NCBI GenBank assembly: GCA_023920165.1
Contig: CP089277.1
Location: 248,001 to 312,000 of the forward strand
Direction of reading: 5' to 3'
Origin: Curvularia clavata
Lineage: Eukaryota
Length of the DNA stretch: 64,000 nt
Positions 38,670 to 51,664 of the stretch are shown one piece after another (positions within the stretch are counted from its first letter, which is position 1; each line of letters starts with the position of its first letter). The notes beneath the pieces are model-generated. The model searched no databases. It had not been told where the DNA came from and worked only from the letters and a program-made list of their open reading frames with translations. The position numbers and the translations under genes are program-made.

Positions 38670-40121
38670 TTAGATAAGCGCAGCAGCAAACCCGACAGCT
38701 CCAGCGACTACCACTCCAGCCGCAGGCATCACTGCAACCGCAGAACCCGTATATGTCGCCATGGGTCCGCTTCCAGACGCCGTCGCCGCAGCACCATCAG
38801 TAGCAGCACTCGTCGACATAGTCGTCGCGCTCGCGCTCGCACTCGGCGTAGGAACCGCTATCGGCGCCACTGTCTTCAGCAGCTCAGGCGTAGTCGAAAA
38901 GGTCATCAAGTCTCCGAAGAAAGCGAGCGATGCACTGGGAAAAGGAAGAGTAGATACGGGTGTGGCACTGGGGAAAGCGGTGCGTTGTGAGGCAGGGGCC
39001 TCAGGCTGTAGACTGTCGCGGGAGAAAGGGATGAGGGGGTTGAGGACGCTGAGAGGAGGGTTAAGTATGTCTTTTGACATGTTGGAAAGAGAGGAGGACA
39101 ACTTACCTATCAATCACATGCGCTACACCATTATACAAAATGGTATTGACAAACGTAATCTTCGCGCCGTTGACCCACACACTACCGTCTGGCAACACGG
39201 TAGAAACAAGATCAGCACCTGCCATACTCTTGACCGTGACGTTGCCAAGGCTAGGCGAGAAGATGACATTGTCGGGTATGATGTGGTGCTTGAGGACCGT
39301 CTGGAGGGTAGCCTTGTCAGCGGAGGCGAGCACAGATCCGATGTTTTCGAAGGCTTCGTTGGTGGGCACGAAGATAGTGAAGTCGGAGATGTTAAGGCCG
39401 GTTTGGTCGGGTCCATTGAGGCCAAAGTCGAAGTCGAGAGCTGCGGCTTGCAGTGCCCCGTTGAGAGCGGTGTAGCCGGCACGGTAGGTGAAGAGCTGCA
39501 GTGGAGCACCGAATGAGAGGACCGTGTCGACTTTGTGGATGGTGATGCCCTCGCCAAGCTTGATATCCTGGTTTTGGTGTTAGTGTTACAATTCTTCATT
39601 AAAGATATTAGACAGTAAACTCAAATAAGGGAAGAGCTTACAGCCTGAGTGACGGTAGAGATGGTCTGTTCACCAGAGAGCACGCAGACATCTTTTCCGT
39701 TCTTCACCAGTCCATTGTAGGCACCGCCAGTAAAGTCTGAAAAGGGTTGGATGGCATTGACATAGGAGCTGTTCAGCAGAGTCTGGGCAAACGTGGGGAT
39801 CTCGGTGATGACTTCGGCGGGATACACGCCCTTGAAGACATGGTTGGCGAGAAGGGCTCCAATAGCTGCAGTATCATTTTTGAATTCAATGGCCTGGCCT
39901 TCAGGGATATCGCGGGGGACAGCAGCAAAAGCTTCGTTGGTGGGCGCGAAGATGGTGATGTTGGAAGAGGCAGATAGGGTTTCTGCGAGACCATTCACCA
40001 GACCCACAAGCTCAAGGAGAGTGCTAAGGTCGGGCTGGGAAGAGAGTAGAGCACCAAGGTCGCCTTGAGCAAGGGTGCTACCAGCCATGAGGCCGAAAGT
40101 CCAGATATGAGATAGACGCAT
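38670..40121 (-). CDS. Fasciclin (two FAS1 domains) secreted, probably GPI-anchored cell-surface protein; 3 exons, ~439 aa
   Basis: Signal peptide, ITIFAPTNEAF / TIFVPTNEAF, IHKVD / GVAHVID, Ser/Thr stalk and hydrophobic C-terminal tail. Introns 39568-39641 and 39049-39106. Confidence 0.92.
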
Positions 40122-41593
40122 GATTAGAATGATACGGGGACAATGGTAGTGGAAGGAAATGGAAAGAAGAGAGAACTGATTGTTGTTTATGAGAGGATAG
40201 AAGGCCTGTTGTCTGATGCTGTTGATGTTTCCTGTCCCCATCGACGATGAGCCTCTCCTTTATACACAGCTCTCATTCACCAACTACTCTAGAAAACTCG
40301 CAAGTGAAATCCTACTACCACACATTAACTCAGGCATTCTTTCCTGCTGACACAATGACATCTTCGACTCTGTAGCCAAGAAGCAGTTGTTTACACAGAA
40401 ACGTCCATCATCAAGGCGCAGCAGCCTGATCAGAGCAGGGTTTATGGCGGCTGTTGAAGCTCCCGAGGTCTAGTTGCATCTTTTTTGAGGCTTCCCACTC
40501 TACCACCACGCAGGGTGAGGTAGGACGCACATGGACACAGCATTCCTATTGTACAACGGAGCGAGTAATTGGACAAAACGTATTTGCCAAGTCATTTCGC
40601 TGGCGTGCAGTATGCACCGGCGAGAATCGCCTGTTCCCCTGCGCTGGAACACGGCGAAAAGTTGCCAGGGGCGTTGTTTATGCAGAGCCTAAAATGATCT
40701 ACATAATGCCTGTACGCTGTAAGGTGCTGTGGCGTCTTGTCTTGTGGATCTTTGGGGCAGTGTATATTGATTGCGATGCTAAGGACTGCGGCGATGGCGA
40801 TGAGGTTGAAGTAACAAGGCGATCAGTTTTTCTAACAGTATAGAAATCAAAGTCTGTAAAGCAGACTACATGTCGATATAGTGGTAGAGCTAAGAGCGAG
40901 GAGTGGCTGTTCCTCTATCTCGGAGCAGTACGTTGGAACAACAAAATCCAAGTTTCTACCTAATCCATCTCTTACAGTGTTCATATGTCCAAAAGAATCA
41001 TATGTGCTTCGAAAACGTCGAGCGTAGGCATTGTTGCGGGCTGCTGCTGAGAGTGACGTACAGGCATAGAAAGCGGGAAGAACCTGTTTGGTTCCCTGTT
41101 CCAGTTCCGTTCAGGTGGCGTTTTTAGTAGCTTTTACAGCTGCAGCAGGTTATACCTAACTGGATGAAAGGTAATCACGTGATGATGTGTAACAGCTTCC
41201 ATTTGTCAACCTCAGTTGCACCGTGCAGATGGAGTGAGCGCTAAACTGGGTTTAGCTTCTCAGCGGTAGCGCTAACGAATTACAGCTGCACGTTCTCCGT
41301 AGTTGCGCTCCAGTTATGCCAACTGAACTGCACTGAATCGTGACAAACACAACATCTGGCAGTTGAAGAGCACTCAATTACTTCTTTGACTTGATTGAAA
41401 TGAGCTGGATTGAACTGGCAACGAAACAGGCCTTGAGAAGTTCAATGCGTCCGTGTTTGAGCCGCGTCCTGATCGGTATCCATACTTCGTACTACCGAGC
41501 CGCACCAATTAGATCATGGCCCACCCGGTCAAAATTTACCGACATGCCCAACAAGTAATATGCACAAAAAGCGATATAAGGTGCCGTAGTCGA

Positions 41594-43222
41594 TTAGGAG
41601 GTGGCAATGCTTGCCTCATATCTACGCAGGATAGCTTTGTAGTCATTGTACCATTCCTCCAGCCATCCAGTTGCGTCAAACATGCGGGTGGTGTAGCAGC
41701 TCAGTGTTGGATCCAGAACCTTCATGCACGCCACCAGATTCCGCAGTTTCAGCCCATACTCTTCGACTCGAAAGCAGTCCTTTGGCAAACACTGACCATA
41801 GGTGTTCTCTGGGCCGTTAGTCGCCACCAGAGCCGTAACAAGAACAAAAAGAGCATGCAGAATGGCTGGCGCAAAGCAGAACGAAGGCAGACCGACAACC
41901 ACGGCAGGATCCATCTCCACAGCGGCCTCTATGGCACCATGGCAGTTCTCCACAAGCTTTTGCAGCGCCTCCTTGAGTGGTGAGATGATCATGGCTGGTT
42001 TCGGAAAGTCCTTAACTGGAATGCGCCCAGGGATGTATGGTGATGCGAATAATGACTTATTGGTGGGAGTGTGTAGTACAAGCTCATACAGGTGTACCAG
42101 GGATACGTGCCACCATACTCTGAGTGTCTTGGACAGAGCAAGGGCCGGCGGAATCTGAGCTGCCCATGCGTCGAGCTTCAGCTTGAGCGACTCAATCACA
42201 GCATAGACGTTATAGTCGTTGCCGTCCACAAAGGTAGCTATCTGACAGAGATACAGGTTGTTGGAAATGTCCTGATCCAACCGGACAACACGGGCAATTT
42301 GACAAAACAGCAGATCCGAAGCGTCGCCATTGCTCTCCAGATACCCAACGCACTCATCCAGGTAAGTATCCCATGGCACGGGACTAGGTCGACGGGTACT
42401 CATGGATGAAGTGGACGTTGCAATGTAACAAGCTAGCCAAGTGCGACGCGCCTCGAGTGACCCCGTGTTCTGGAGTCTGCAAAAGTAGGCTGGGGGAGTG
42501 GGCTGTAGCGATACTCCCCCAATCCCAAGATCAATGGCCATGTCGGAGGCTATTTGGAGAATCTGATAACAGCTTCCTTGCTGTCCGTTACGCGTACCCT
42601 TGGTATAGAAAGAAGCCAGAAGCAAAGCTTGCACAAGTTCGAGGGATCGCTGGCCTCGCCCAATGACATCGTCGCCCAGTATGCGCATCGTCTCTCGAAC
42701 AAGCTCATCATGCAAGTCTGCATCAACACCTTGAGCCTGTTGGGTAATGGTGAAGACCAGTGCAGCTAACAGCAGAATGGGGGATTTTACTCGATGATAT
42801 TCGAGATTCGGAGTCAGACGAACGGCCGGCCAGGCCGTTTCCACCTGAAGCACATAGTGATGGAGCAGTTGTTGCTGCTTGAAGAGCGGAATACGTGCGT
42901 CCAAAAACGACAAGATGGCGTCGGGATGGCTGTCTGCTAGACTGGCGGGCGGCCGACTTAGCGTCGACTGACTATCGCCTGGAGAGTCGCTCGGGGGAGT
43001 GTAAACATTTTGATTGGATTGGCTTTGGAGTGCGTTCTGAAGCTCCTGGACCTGGGCCTCGAGCTCACTAATGCGATCGCGTTGTAAGCGTGGTGCAGCC
43101 GGTACACAGTCGAGATTGTTGCGATGACAGCGCTCACAAACGCCCGGCTGAGGGGAGGTGGTTATATCGCATTTAATCTTGAGACGATGGCATTCTTCGC
43201 AAGCGCGATAGCGTTTCCTCAT
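41594..43222 (-). CDS. Zn(II)2Cys6 fungal transcription factor, 542 aa
   Basis: Binuclear cluster ACEECHRLKIKC...CERCHRNNLDC, coiled coil RISELEAQVQELQ and middle homology region (SLELVQALLL, AIDLG, RRTWLACY). Confidence 0.93.
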   Translation of the reverse strand: MRKRYRACEECHRLKIKCDITTSPQPGVCERCHRNNLDCVPAAPRLQRDRISELEAQVQELQNALQSQSNQNVYTPPSDSPGDSQSTLSRPPASLADSHPDAILSFLDARIPLFKQQQLLHHYVLQVETAWPAVRLTPNLEYHRVKSPILLLAALVFTITQQAQGVDADLHDELVRETMRILGDDVIGRGQRSLELVQALLLASFYTKGTRNGQQGSCYQILQIASDMAIDLGIGGVSLQPTPPAYFCRLQNTGSLEARRTWLACYIATSTSSMSTRRPSPVPWDTYLDECVGYLESNGDASDLLFCQIARVVRLDQDISNNLYLCQIATFVDGNDYNVYAVIESLKLKLDAWAAQIPPALALSKTLRVWWHVSLVHLYELVLHTPTNKSLFASPYIPGRIPVKDFPKPAMIISPLKEALQKLVENCHGAIEAAVEMDPAVVVGLPSFCFAPAILHALFVLVTALVATNGPENTYGQCLPKDCFRVEEYGLKLRNLVACMKVLDPTLSCYTTRMFDATGWLEEWYNDYKAILRRYEASIATS

Positions 43223-44139
43223 GGTGGTGCTAAAGGCCCGAACCAGGACGGCGTTTTGGCTTCACTTTAGAGCGGTTCAAAATCAATGACAACTTGATTT
43301 GAGCGGGAGCGCTAGGCAGACACGCTTCAACGGCTGTGGCGGCGCGTGTGGCTGTGTCGGCCCAATAAGTCACGTGGCTGCTTACTCTTCGACTTGGCAA
43401 CTCTGCTTTCATCCCACATCCCATAACACAAAAACCTGATCGATCCAGACGACTCTTTATCCACATCCGACCCTAGTCCGCGCGTACATACATTGATACC
43501 CAAACACTATCGTGCTGCCGTAAACTGGTCTCATCGGCGGCCATACAAAATCCATTGCTGACCCCGAACCCCATCATGCTTCCCTGCGTGTTCCCTCACG
43601 CGCATATTGCATGGCAAGGCGATCCAAAATGCGAGCTCTGAATGACGCGATACCTGATAGAGCGACGGAATGCGAGCCACAACCTCTATGACGGCCCGAG
43701 AACTCAACGTGGGGTGATCTCCACAAAACCCTCAATCACAACACTGTATAAAACCTGTTCAGATGGCAAGCCAGCTTCTATTTGCTCGCGGACCCTTTGC
43801 AACGCCTGTACGAAGTACTGGTGGAGAGTTGATACAAAGGCAAGGTAAGCAGCACCCCCCACCCCAACTCTCTTACCAAGCTCCACCCCCGCGATCCCCA
43901 GTCGGAGCTTGTTTCCAAACAAGCAACGCGGCAAATCAGCCCCGCCGCTCACCCGGCGAACCACTTCACGAGCTCGCCGTGGTCCCAGTCCACCCCAACA
44001 CCCTACGGGGCATGGGGTCGTCTTGTCAAGTCTAGGCTGACGCAAAGCAGTCTACCATGTCATACGACTCTAACCGCCTTGTCTTATTCCACTTGTACCT
44101 CTTTGTCTTCTGAACGCGACATCCGGCACACCCGCCGCA

Positions 44140-45157
44140 ATGAAGCTCAAGGCCTCGCTCCGTGTCCACTTACCAGGGATACGCTGGAGTCCTCACGACA
44201 TCGACTCGGAAGAGCCGTCGTCCTCGTCCAAACCAAAGACACGGCTTCCTTTTCTCCTAAAGTCATCTGCACCCGATCCAGCAGTACGTGTGCGCCCGCG
44301 CAAATCCACGATCAGCCTTACGTCGGAACCCAATGTCGAGATCGATGCGCGTACGCAGGCACAGGGCCAATCGCTGTTTTTTGCCCGCCTGCCAATTGAG
44401 CTGCGGCGTATGGTGTACGAGTATATGATAGGTGAGGAGGTGATACACCTGACGTTGAGTCAGAAGAAGAGGTTCCGGCATTCCATCTGCTCCAGCGAAG
44501 AGGAAGGCCACCCAAGAAGAGGCAAGCAATGTGCATGCAGAGTTCTGGTTGGAGGCAAAAAGGGTGCAAGACTAGATAACGGTATCGTAGCCATGGCTCG
44601 GACTTGTCGGCGCATGTATGTGTTTCTCATTCATCTATCGCTTGAAGTAAAAACACAAGGACTTACCGTAATCTAGGTACTCGGAAGCAATCCCGCATCT
44701 CTACCGCGCGCACACTTTCTCCCTTCTACACATCACACATCTGCTCTATCTCCCCTTGTCCGTTCCGCAAATGCGCCTAAACGCCATCCGCACGCTTCAC
44801 CTCCGCTGGGCCATCCGCGCACTCCCTTACCTACGACGTGGCCCTTCAAGTCGCATTGCATACCGCGAAGACACGGAAAACTGGGAGAAAGGATGGTCAA
44901 TTATAGCTGGAATGCAGGGTCTACGTGAACTCTTCGTTGTACTGATCGATCCAAGCCCTCAGCAATTGTGGGAGAGGAACTGGCTGCAGCTCGAGGATAT
45001 GCTGCTAGAGAGTGTAAGGGGCGTCACGAGACCAAGGGATGCTGTAGTCGTGATGCCGTATCAGAGTTGCGGTATCGATTGGGATATGGGGAGCGGGTGC
45101 GTGAAGTTGAAGAGACCGGAAGACGGGCATGTTTCTGCTGATGAGGAAGAGGAATGA
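44140..45157 (+). CDS. DUF7730-like fungal protein (F-box-like N-terminal segment); 2 exons, ~318 aa
   Basis: QGQSLFFARLPIELRRMVYEY...RTCRRM|YSEAIPHLYRAHTF...IRTLHLRW. Intron 44616-44676. Confidence 0.8.
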
Positions 45158-45356
45158 AGAAACAAATAGCAGCTTTGCAGGCGAAGCTGCGCTACGGAAC
45201 TAGAGGAATATTCTCTGGCCTACGATATGCATGCAGCCAATGTTGGAAGGAGCAGTAGTCTGGCATAGCAAACTCAACTGATCATCAATATTATCATTCA
45301 ACTACATTATCTCTATCATCACATCATTTTACTATTTGGTTTTTCTCTATGCTCGC

Positions 45357-46607
45357 TCACAATCCAAAGCAATTAGCATAGTACGTAACCGTCGCCGGCC
45401 AGTCCGAAAACATGCCCAAGATACCCACGTCCTGAGCAAGCACATGCAGCACCTCGTACATGTCTCCATCCTTCTTCGTTACATTGGCAACATATTGGTA
45501 GTAGTAGCCCCCACCGCCAATCTGCAGCCATCCGGAGCGCTCAAACGACCACGCAACCATATCGAGGCCATGTTCCTGGCAAGCAAGAGCATACTCGGAT
45601 GGTACAATCTTGCCTGCGTCGTCGAGCTTGGTGAGGGCAAACATGGCGGGCGCCATGATCTTGACGCCGCGAGCAGCCAGGTCGGGGATGCTGGCTGTGG
45701 CGTTTGCGTAGCCTGCAGGCGTGTCGACGCGCTCGTCGAGGTAGACGGCTTGCACGCCGAACTCGGGCTCGTTGTCAATCCAGTAGAAGATGTCGTCGGG
45801 CAGGAAAGACTGGAGCCACACGCGGCTGGGGTCGATCTTGTACTCGCGGAACTTGTCGACGAGATCCTGTGCGTACTGCTCCTGGGTGTAGCCGTCAAAG
45901 GGCATCTTGACCTCGGGCGTCTTGAGTTCGGGCGTGAACTTGAGACCCCAGCTGTCGACTAGAGGAATATACTCGTCGACGGTCATGAGCTTGGGGCAGT
46001 TCTGGGCGTACAGGTCGGTACGGAAGTAGGGTGTTCCATCCATGTACTGCTCAACGGTTGTAGCGTTGGGATTGAAGCTGTCCATCTTTCCACAGAGGGA
46101 GCTGAACTCCTCGAGTGTAATGTCCGAGGTGCAGCATTTAGCCGATGCAGCAGTGCCATTGGCAGCTGGAGAAAAGGGCTTGGTGCACTTCGCAGCGAGT
46201 GGGGTGCTGAGGATGTTGGTCGTTGTGTGCAAATCGCATTGGGCGTGGCGGCAGACAAGTTGCTTGTCCTTGGTGAAGGCGACGTCGCATTCGATAACAC
46301 CAGCACCCATACGATGCGCAGCTTTGTAGCCCTGGAGCGTGTGCTCGGGGAACTGCAGAGGAGCTCCACGATGGGCAAAGACAAAGTCCGAGGTCTCAAA
46401 CTCTTGCTCTGAGCAGCTTTCCAGCTTCTCCTTCAATGGCCCATCGTTCATGTCATCGACCAGGTAGTACGGCCGAGGTCCAACCTGGACATTGAAGTTT
46501 TTTCCATGTCCATGGCCGTGGTGTTGTCCAGTGCGAGATACAACGGCAGGCACAGCAGCAGCGGACGCGAGTCCGAGAAGGACGGAGGTAGTAACGAAAG
46601 AGCGCAT
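45357..46607 (-). CDS. Secreted glycerophosphodiester phosphodiesterase (GDPD), 416 aa
   Basis: Signal peptide and motifs [47 protein letters not shown]. Confidence 0.93.
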   Translation of the reverse strand: MRSFVTTSVLLGLASAAAVPAVVSRTGQHHGHGHGKNFNVQVGPRPYYLVDDMNDGPLKEKLESCSEQEFETSDFVFAHRGAPLQFPEHTLQGYKAAHRMGAGVIECDVAFTKDKQLVCRHAQCDLHTTTNILSTPLAAKCTKPFSPAANGTAASAKCCTSDITLEEFSSLCGKMDSFNPNATTVEQYMDGTPYFRTDLYAQNCPKLMTVDEYIPLVDSWGLKFTPELKTPEVKMPFDGYTQEQYAQDLVDKFREYKIDPSRVWLQSFLPDDIFYWIDNEPEFGVQAVYLDERVDTPAGYANATASIPDLAARGVKIMAPAMFALTKLDDAGKIVPSEYALACQEHGLDMVAWSFERSGWLQIGGGGYYYQYVANVTKKDGDMYEVLHVLAQDVGILGMFSDWPATVTYYANCFGL

Positions 46608-47382
46608 CGTGAGCGATGGTCAACCCAGAAAGATATGGGAACCTGGGGAAAGAATCAACGGTTCCTGCAGGACAGGCATGCGAACGGCTGTACTGCTTCT
46701 TATCTACATTGGCAAAGACAGGCCTATACAATGCCTCGGACGGCTCTAAGACGCCAATGAGTTATGTGGCTGGAGCTGCTCAACCTGAGCTCCATAGCTA
46801 CTGCACGTGGGTGAGCTTCCCCCGGCTCGAAGCTCTTGGTGCTGCTGGGTCATCGGCGGAGAAGAGCACGATTGAGGGAAACTATGCAAGAGTGGCTAGC
46901 TTGCCAAGCTGCCAAGGACATGCAGGCTTTCACGTTTCTCAATGGCGCGATAAGATACGTGAACAGACATTGGCGAAGCGGTAGGAACAGCAATTCTGAC
47001 AGGTAGACGCACGCCTCTTGTGCGTCATCTTTCCCGCCTTGGCCGCGTCCTGCTTCTTTGGCCTTGGGCTCCGGTGTAGTGCCAATCCTTCGGTCTTTCA
47101 ACGGGCCGTCAGCAGTTTGTGGCTGGGCCAGGGATGCCAGCCTCAACTTCGCATTGAGGAAAAACGGACGAACCATATGATGGTGATTAATTTCGTGAGA
47201 TGAACCTGTCTCTTCAGAGATGCCTTTTACGTTGCCAAAGGTAGTTTTGAGCTTAATACACGTAAGATCGAAGGCTCCGGATCCCCGCACGATCGACTTG
47301 CTCGAGATCACCAGACTTTCTTTTCATATGATGAACGGTGTGTGGGTAGTAGCATCTGAGGCTTCATCTCGAGACCAATGGC

Positions 47383-48492
47383 TCAACTAGAACTGACGTC
47401 GTTCCGCTCGGGCAATCTGAAGATGCATTTGGATTCTCCAACATCAAGGTCAGGAGAGCACCGCCAGTCGGGAAGGGTGACCACAAAGTCTTTTGGTGCC
47501 GTGAGCTTCTTGACCGGTTCAAGCAGCTCTTTGCCGTTCTGTTTCCAGAAATCGCCATAGCACTGTTGCCAGAGATCCAAAAAGAAGAAGAGCCGGACAT
47601 GCAGCGTTCGAAGACCAGTCATACTGCGTAGCACATCCCACGTCCTATACCATTCGTCCAGATGTGGCCCAGGCATAAGGTCCACTTGGAAGGACCCGTG
47701 TCGATCAAAGTCCCAGTCGATGCGGAAATTGGTGATCTGAGTGATTCTCTCGGGCAGAATGAAATATGATAAGTACCCCGTAGTTGGGTAGTCTTCGACG
47801 TCCGTGCAAACAAAGAATCTGTTGGCTCTGTAGAGATATTCGATGGCTTCCGAGTAGCTAATCGTTCATAAGTTAGCCGTGGCACTGTAGCATTGCCTTG
47901 TCATGCTCATCCTTGACATTGCGTACTCCATCTCTTTCTTTGGCGATCAAAGATCATGTAGAGCGTCTATAGTTAGATAGAGCCATGGAACAGATATGAC
48001 TTACATGCGGCGACACGTCCTTAATAAGGGAAGTGCAATTCCCATTCTGTGTTTGGTTGCAAGGGGCTGGAGATAACAGGCGCAACTCCTACTAGAGCAT
48101 CGTCGAGCATTCAACTTGCCATCGGCAAGCGCAAGATGTATAGGTACGTCACCCAATGCTTTTTCGTAAATCATCCGCCTTATTTCCAAAGGCAGTTTCG
48201 TCATGAAAGAAGATCGATCTTGAGGCAGTGTCTTCTGGTATTGCTCTAAGCTCATGGATTGAATAGTTAGAGCACGCCTGCGTGGGCAAGGTAGCATGGG
48301 CTTTGGAGCCTCGATGTGCACTCTTGGCGTTCGTCTGTTTCGGTTAGGTAGTATCAGTACGATACAACAAAGGCAAGGCGAGCAGACTGTCCAAAAGAGA
48401 CATTTGCACGTCTGCCAAGCTGCTGTCTGCAAAAACCTTCCAGTTTTGTTTCCGATTCTCTTGGCCTGGTTGCGGAACCGGTGTCCAGTCAT
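47383..48492 (-). CDS. DUF7730-like fungal protein, paralog of 44140-45157; 2 exons, ~320 aa
   Basis: SSFMTKLPLEIRRMIYEKALG...LLRTCRRI|YSEAIEYLYRANRF...WDVLRSMTGLRTLHVRL. Intron 47858-48004. Start codon is uncertain. Confidence 0.78.
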
Positions 48493-49264
48493 TTTGTGCA
48501 GGGGCGGGCATGGAGGTTCGATGGCTCAGCTGAAGGCGGAGCAAACAGGTTACTCGCTGTCTGAGAACGCCCGGAGTGTGGCCGCTAATGTTGTGTGGCT
48601 TGAACACAAATCGGTCAGTGGTGTTGGGTGACTTTTTAACTCGCAGCTGCAGAAACTGGAGCCTACTGCTTGTACATGCAGAGAGATGGGAGAAAGAACA
48701 ATTGTGGTGGTGGTTGGAAACAGACGTCGTGGCGTAACTCCGGCCCCACTTGGTGAGACCCTAATGACGGAGGCATCCATATCGTCAGCCAGCCCTCACA
48801 ATGCAGCGCCAAACCTAAACCTTTGTTTTGTTTCCATGGTCTTAGCCTCAACATATTTTTTTTTTTGTTTGCTTTCTGGTTTACTTCTGCATCCCGCCTA
48901 GCAATCGTGCCTTAACATTGCAACCTGAAAGACAATCCGGTAAACCGTCTACCAATGAGTAGAGGCACAGAAGTTAAAATAGTGAACCATTTTGGCTCTT
49001 AGCACAGCAGCTTTTTGCTTTCCAATATTAACATGCTTCGCAACACACCTAGCGTTGCACAGGGAAGGTTACAAAATATTAATAAATACTTTCCAACCTT
49101 GGGGTAAAGCCGTTATCTGTACGCAGCCACTTCTACCGAACCATATTGACAAATGTACACCTACTTTGAATGACACCCCCAATTGAAGTAATATTCAGCC
49201 ACAGCTTTTGGTTGTCTATTCAGATGGCAGAGCAAGTTCTTTACTCCTAATCTACCCAGCCAAC

Positions 49265-49714
49265 TCAACTCAAATCCGCTACAGCTTCAATCTCAATTCG
49301 CATATTTCTATACAAACCCGCCACCTGCACAGCCGTCATAATCGGCCCGTGGTTCTTACACCTCTCCTTTAGATTACGAACAATAGGCTCGGCTATTTCG
49401 TCGATTGGTACCGCGACATAAACCCGAAGCTTGTACACCTGGTCCCAGCCTTTGCCGCCCGCGTGCTGGATCGCATGTTCGACGTTGTCGAAGGCTTGGT
49501 CAACCTCTTTGGATAGGTCTTTTGGAAACTCTTCTGTATCGCGATCCCAGCCGCCTGTAGCTTGTTAGTGAGTTGCTTCATTCAGATGTGGTGTGGAAGT
49601 ACCTTGGCCGGAGAGTTCAATGAGGTTGCCGATGCGGACGGCCTGGCTGCTGTTGAGGTGCTGTTTGGTGCGTTCGCCGAAGCCAGGGTAGTCGAAGTAC
49701 TGGAGGTGAGACAT
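49265..49714 (-). CDS. Rid/YjgF/YER057c (L-PSP) family protein, YjgH-like; 2 exons, 133 aa
   Basis: Exon 1 49714-49603, intron 49602-49555, exon 2 49554-49265. Product MSHLQYFDYPGFGE..SQAVRIGNLIELSGQGGWD..QAFDNVE..GGKGWDQVYK..HGPIMTAVQVAGL..MRIEIEAVA. The correct frame is absent from the ORF track. Confidence 0.92.
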
Positions 49715-51448
49715 CTCGATTGAGAAGATTTTTTTGTGTATGCAATGGTTCTTGATGAAGAAATGGAGGGTTCAGAAGAGAATGTCGTGACAACGTGACA
49801 GAGTCGCGTCGTCTTATACCTATACAACCAATCCGTGCCACAAGGTAACAGCGACAACCAATTACTAAAATACGCCCGGAATCCTAAGAAGGGCGGGAAA
49901 GAAGGGCGCTGAAGAGGGGTACTTCTTGAACCCTAGTTGCTCTGGCTACTGGCGTCTGGCCACTTCAGCTGCTTCAGCCGCCCTGCATACTAACTACTAG
50001 CTGCCCTAGCTGCTGAGTCCAAGTATTCTCCCAGAGCTAATCAAATCGCTTGTTACTTCTTCCTGGAAGCCACACGGAGTAATTGTAATATGTAGCTCAA
50101 GATGCAATAAGCGTTTACGTCTCGAATGCTACCTACTGTGCAACTAACCGCCACGCCAAGACAATCTCTCTAGGCTCCACTAGGCCCCCCAATGGACCAA
50201 CTCTTGACATTCACCAGAAAGCGAATGTCTCCACACTCCAAGATCTTGGCTTGCGGAGTTAGATGCTATCTCCATTCACGACTCGGGATTTAGGTGCGCT
50301 ATTCCAGATTCCTCCCCAGCGAGATGGATACGCTTACAAATGGCTCTCGAGGTTATGAGCTAATTTTTAAGTATCAGAATAGAAATCGCCTTCTTATGTA
50401 GATCCCAGACTTCTTTGTGCAACACAGAATTTCCAAAAGGCTTGGACTTTGCAATCCATCAAACCCCTCAATTAACCGAGACTAGGCAGCAATGGAATAG
50501 AGTGCCCAGCTTTTGCTCCGGACTACATACTTAGAAGCGCAACTGTACTGCTATGCCGCAGAAGAGATCCGTTGCATCAGATAGTCATAGAGCGTTACGA
50601 ATGAGATGGCAAACGTATTCTTCTAACGAGAATTAACAATCACAACGAATACATCAAAAAGAGTGAGGAATCACAATCTGGCGGCGTGTCACGTCACTTC
50701 AGGTGAATATACCTCTGGAATAAGCGTGCAAATGAACATTAGAATATTGAATCATGGATACTTAGTATCCTAGGTCCAATTAATGCCAATTGCAGACAGA
50801 TTTCATGACGGAGCCGGTACTGAGTATCGGCGACTGGGCGTGGCTGTCAGATGTAGTGAGAGCTTTTAAGTACCGGAAGCGCCCATTAGGCATCAGAAAT
50901 GGTTAATTTTTCTCGGTGTAATTATCAAGCTGTCCAGCATGAGCTTGGTAGTATGTGCTGGAGATGACTTAGTCTCATCGAGCTGTCGGAATGTCAGCGT
51001 AGGGACTGTGAGGGTGTTGAATGTCGAAGTATCGATTATCGAGCTGTTGGAACGCCGGTGGGAGATGTGACTTCTTGTTGGACCGCCGGGCATGTAGCTA
51101 TTAGTCAAACTCGGCGGCATTAAGTGACGCAATGATAGGTTGTGACTGGCTAGTTGCTCATAAATCTTCAGAAAAACCATGTACGGATTCGCCCAGCGAG
51201 TAATGTCGTATTTGCTATTCTAACCTGCCTGCTTATCGCAAGTTTTGTCGAGTAAATGAACAGTTCATGTGGGAAGTTTTTATGTCAAAGCAGCCAGGAA
51301 ATGAATGCCAGTAATCCTCTGTGGAATAAATTTATGGTTCAGATTTCATAATTTCAAGATTTACAGTTACATGCTTTGCATATATGATACATGGAAACGA
51401 CTCTCACACCGTCCGCGTGCGTATATATGTGCCAAAAACACTCACCAT

Positions 51449-51664
51449 CTACTTCTTAGGCGTCTGACTACCAGGGACAAAGACCGAAGCCGTAGCATTC
51501 AGCCCATTGGACGGCTTACTGCCCTGAGAATCGGGCCTAGAGTCTGCAACATTCTGATGGCAACTCCTTTTTTCTGAAGATGTATGTGATGAAATTCCCC
51601 AATCGCTGCCACGGCCAATGCCAAGGATGTTGCGCCAGTTTTGGGAACGTCGATAATTTGACAT
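51449..51664 (-). CDS. Putative 71-aa micro-protein carrying a PAM2-like motif
   Basis: SNGLNATASVFVPG fits the PAM2 pattern LNxxAxxFVP. TATAAA on the minus strand at 51776-51781 with a CA-rich leader. GTGAGT donor-like site 3 nt after the stop. Confidence 0.45.
   Translation of the reverse strand: MSNYRRSQNWRNILGIGRGSDWGISSHTSSEKRSCHQNVADSRPDSQGSKPSNGLNATASVFVPGSQTPKK

Noticed and set aside
43642..43848. 68-aa ORF containing RTLCNAC, resembling half a GATA zinc finger
   Set aside because: Lacks the first CxxC and the TPxWR motif. Probably chance or an unrecoverable relic.
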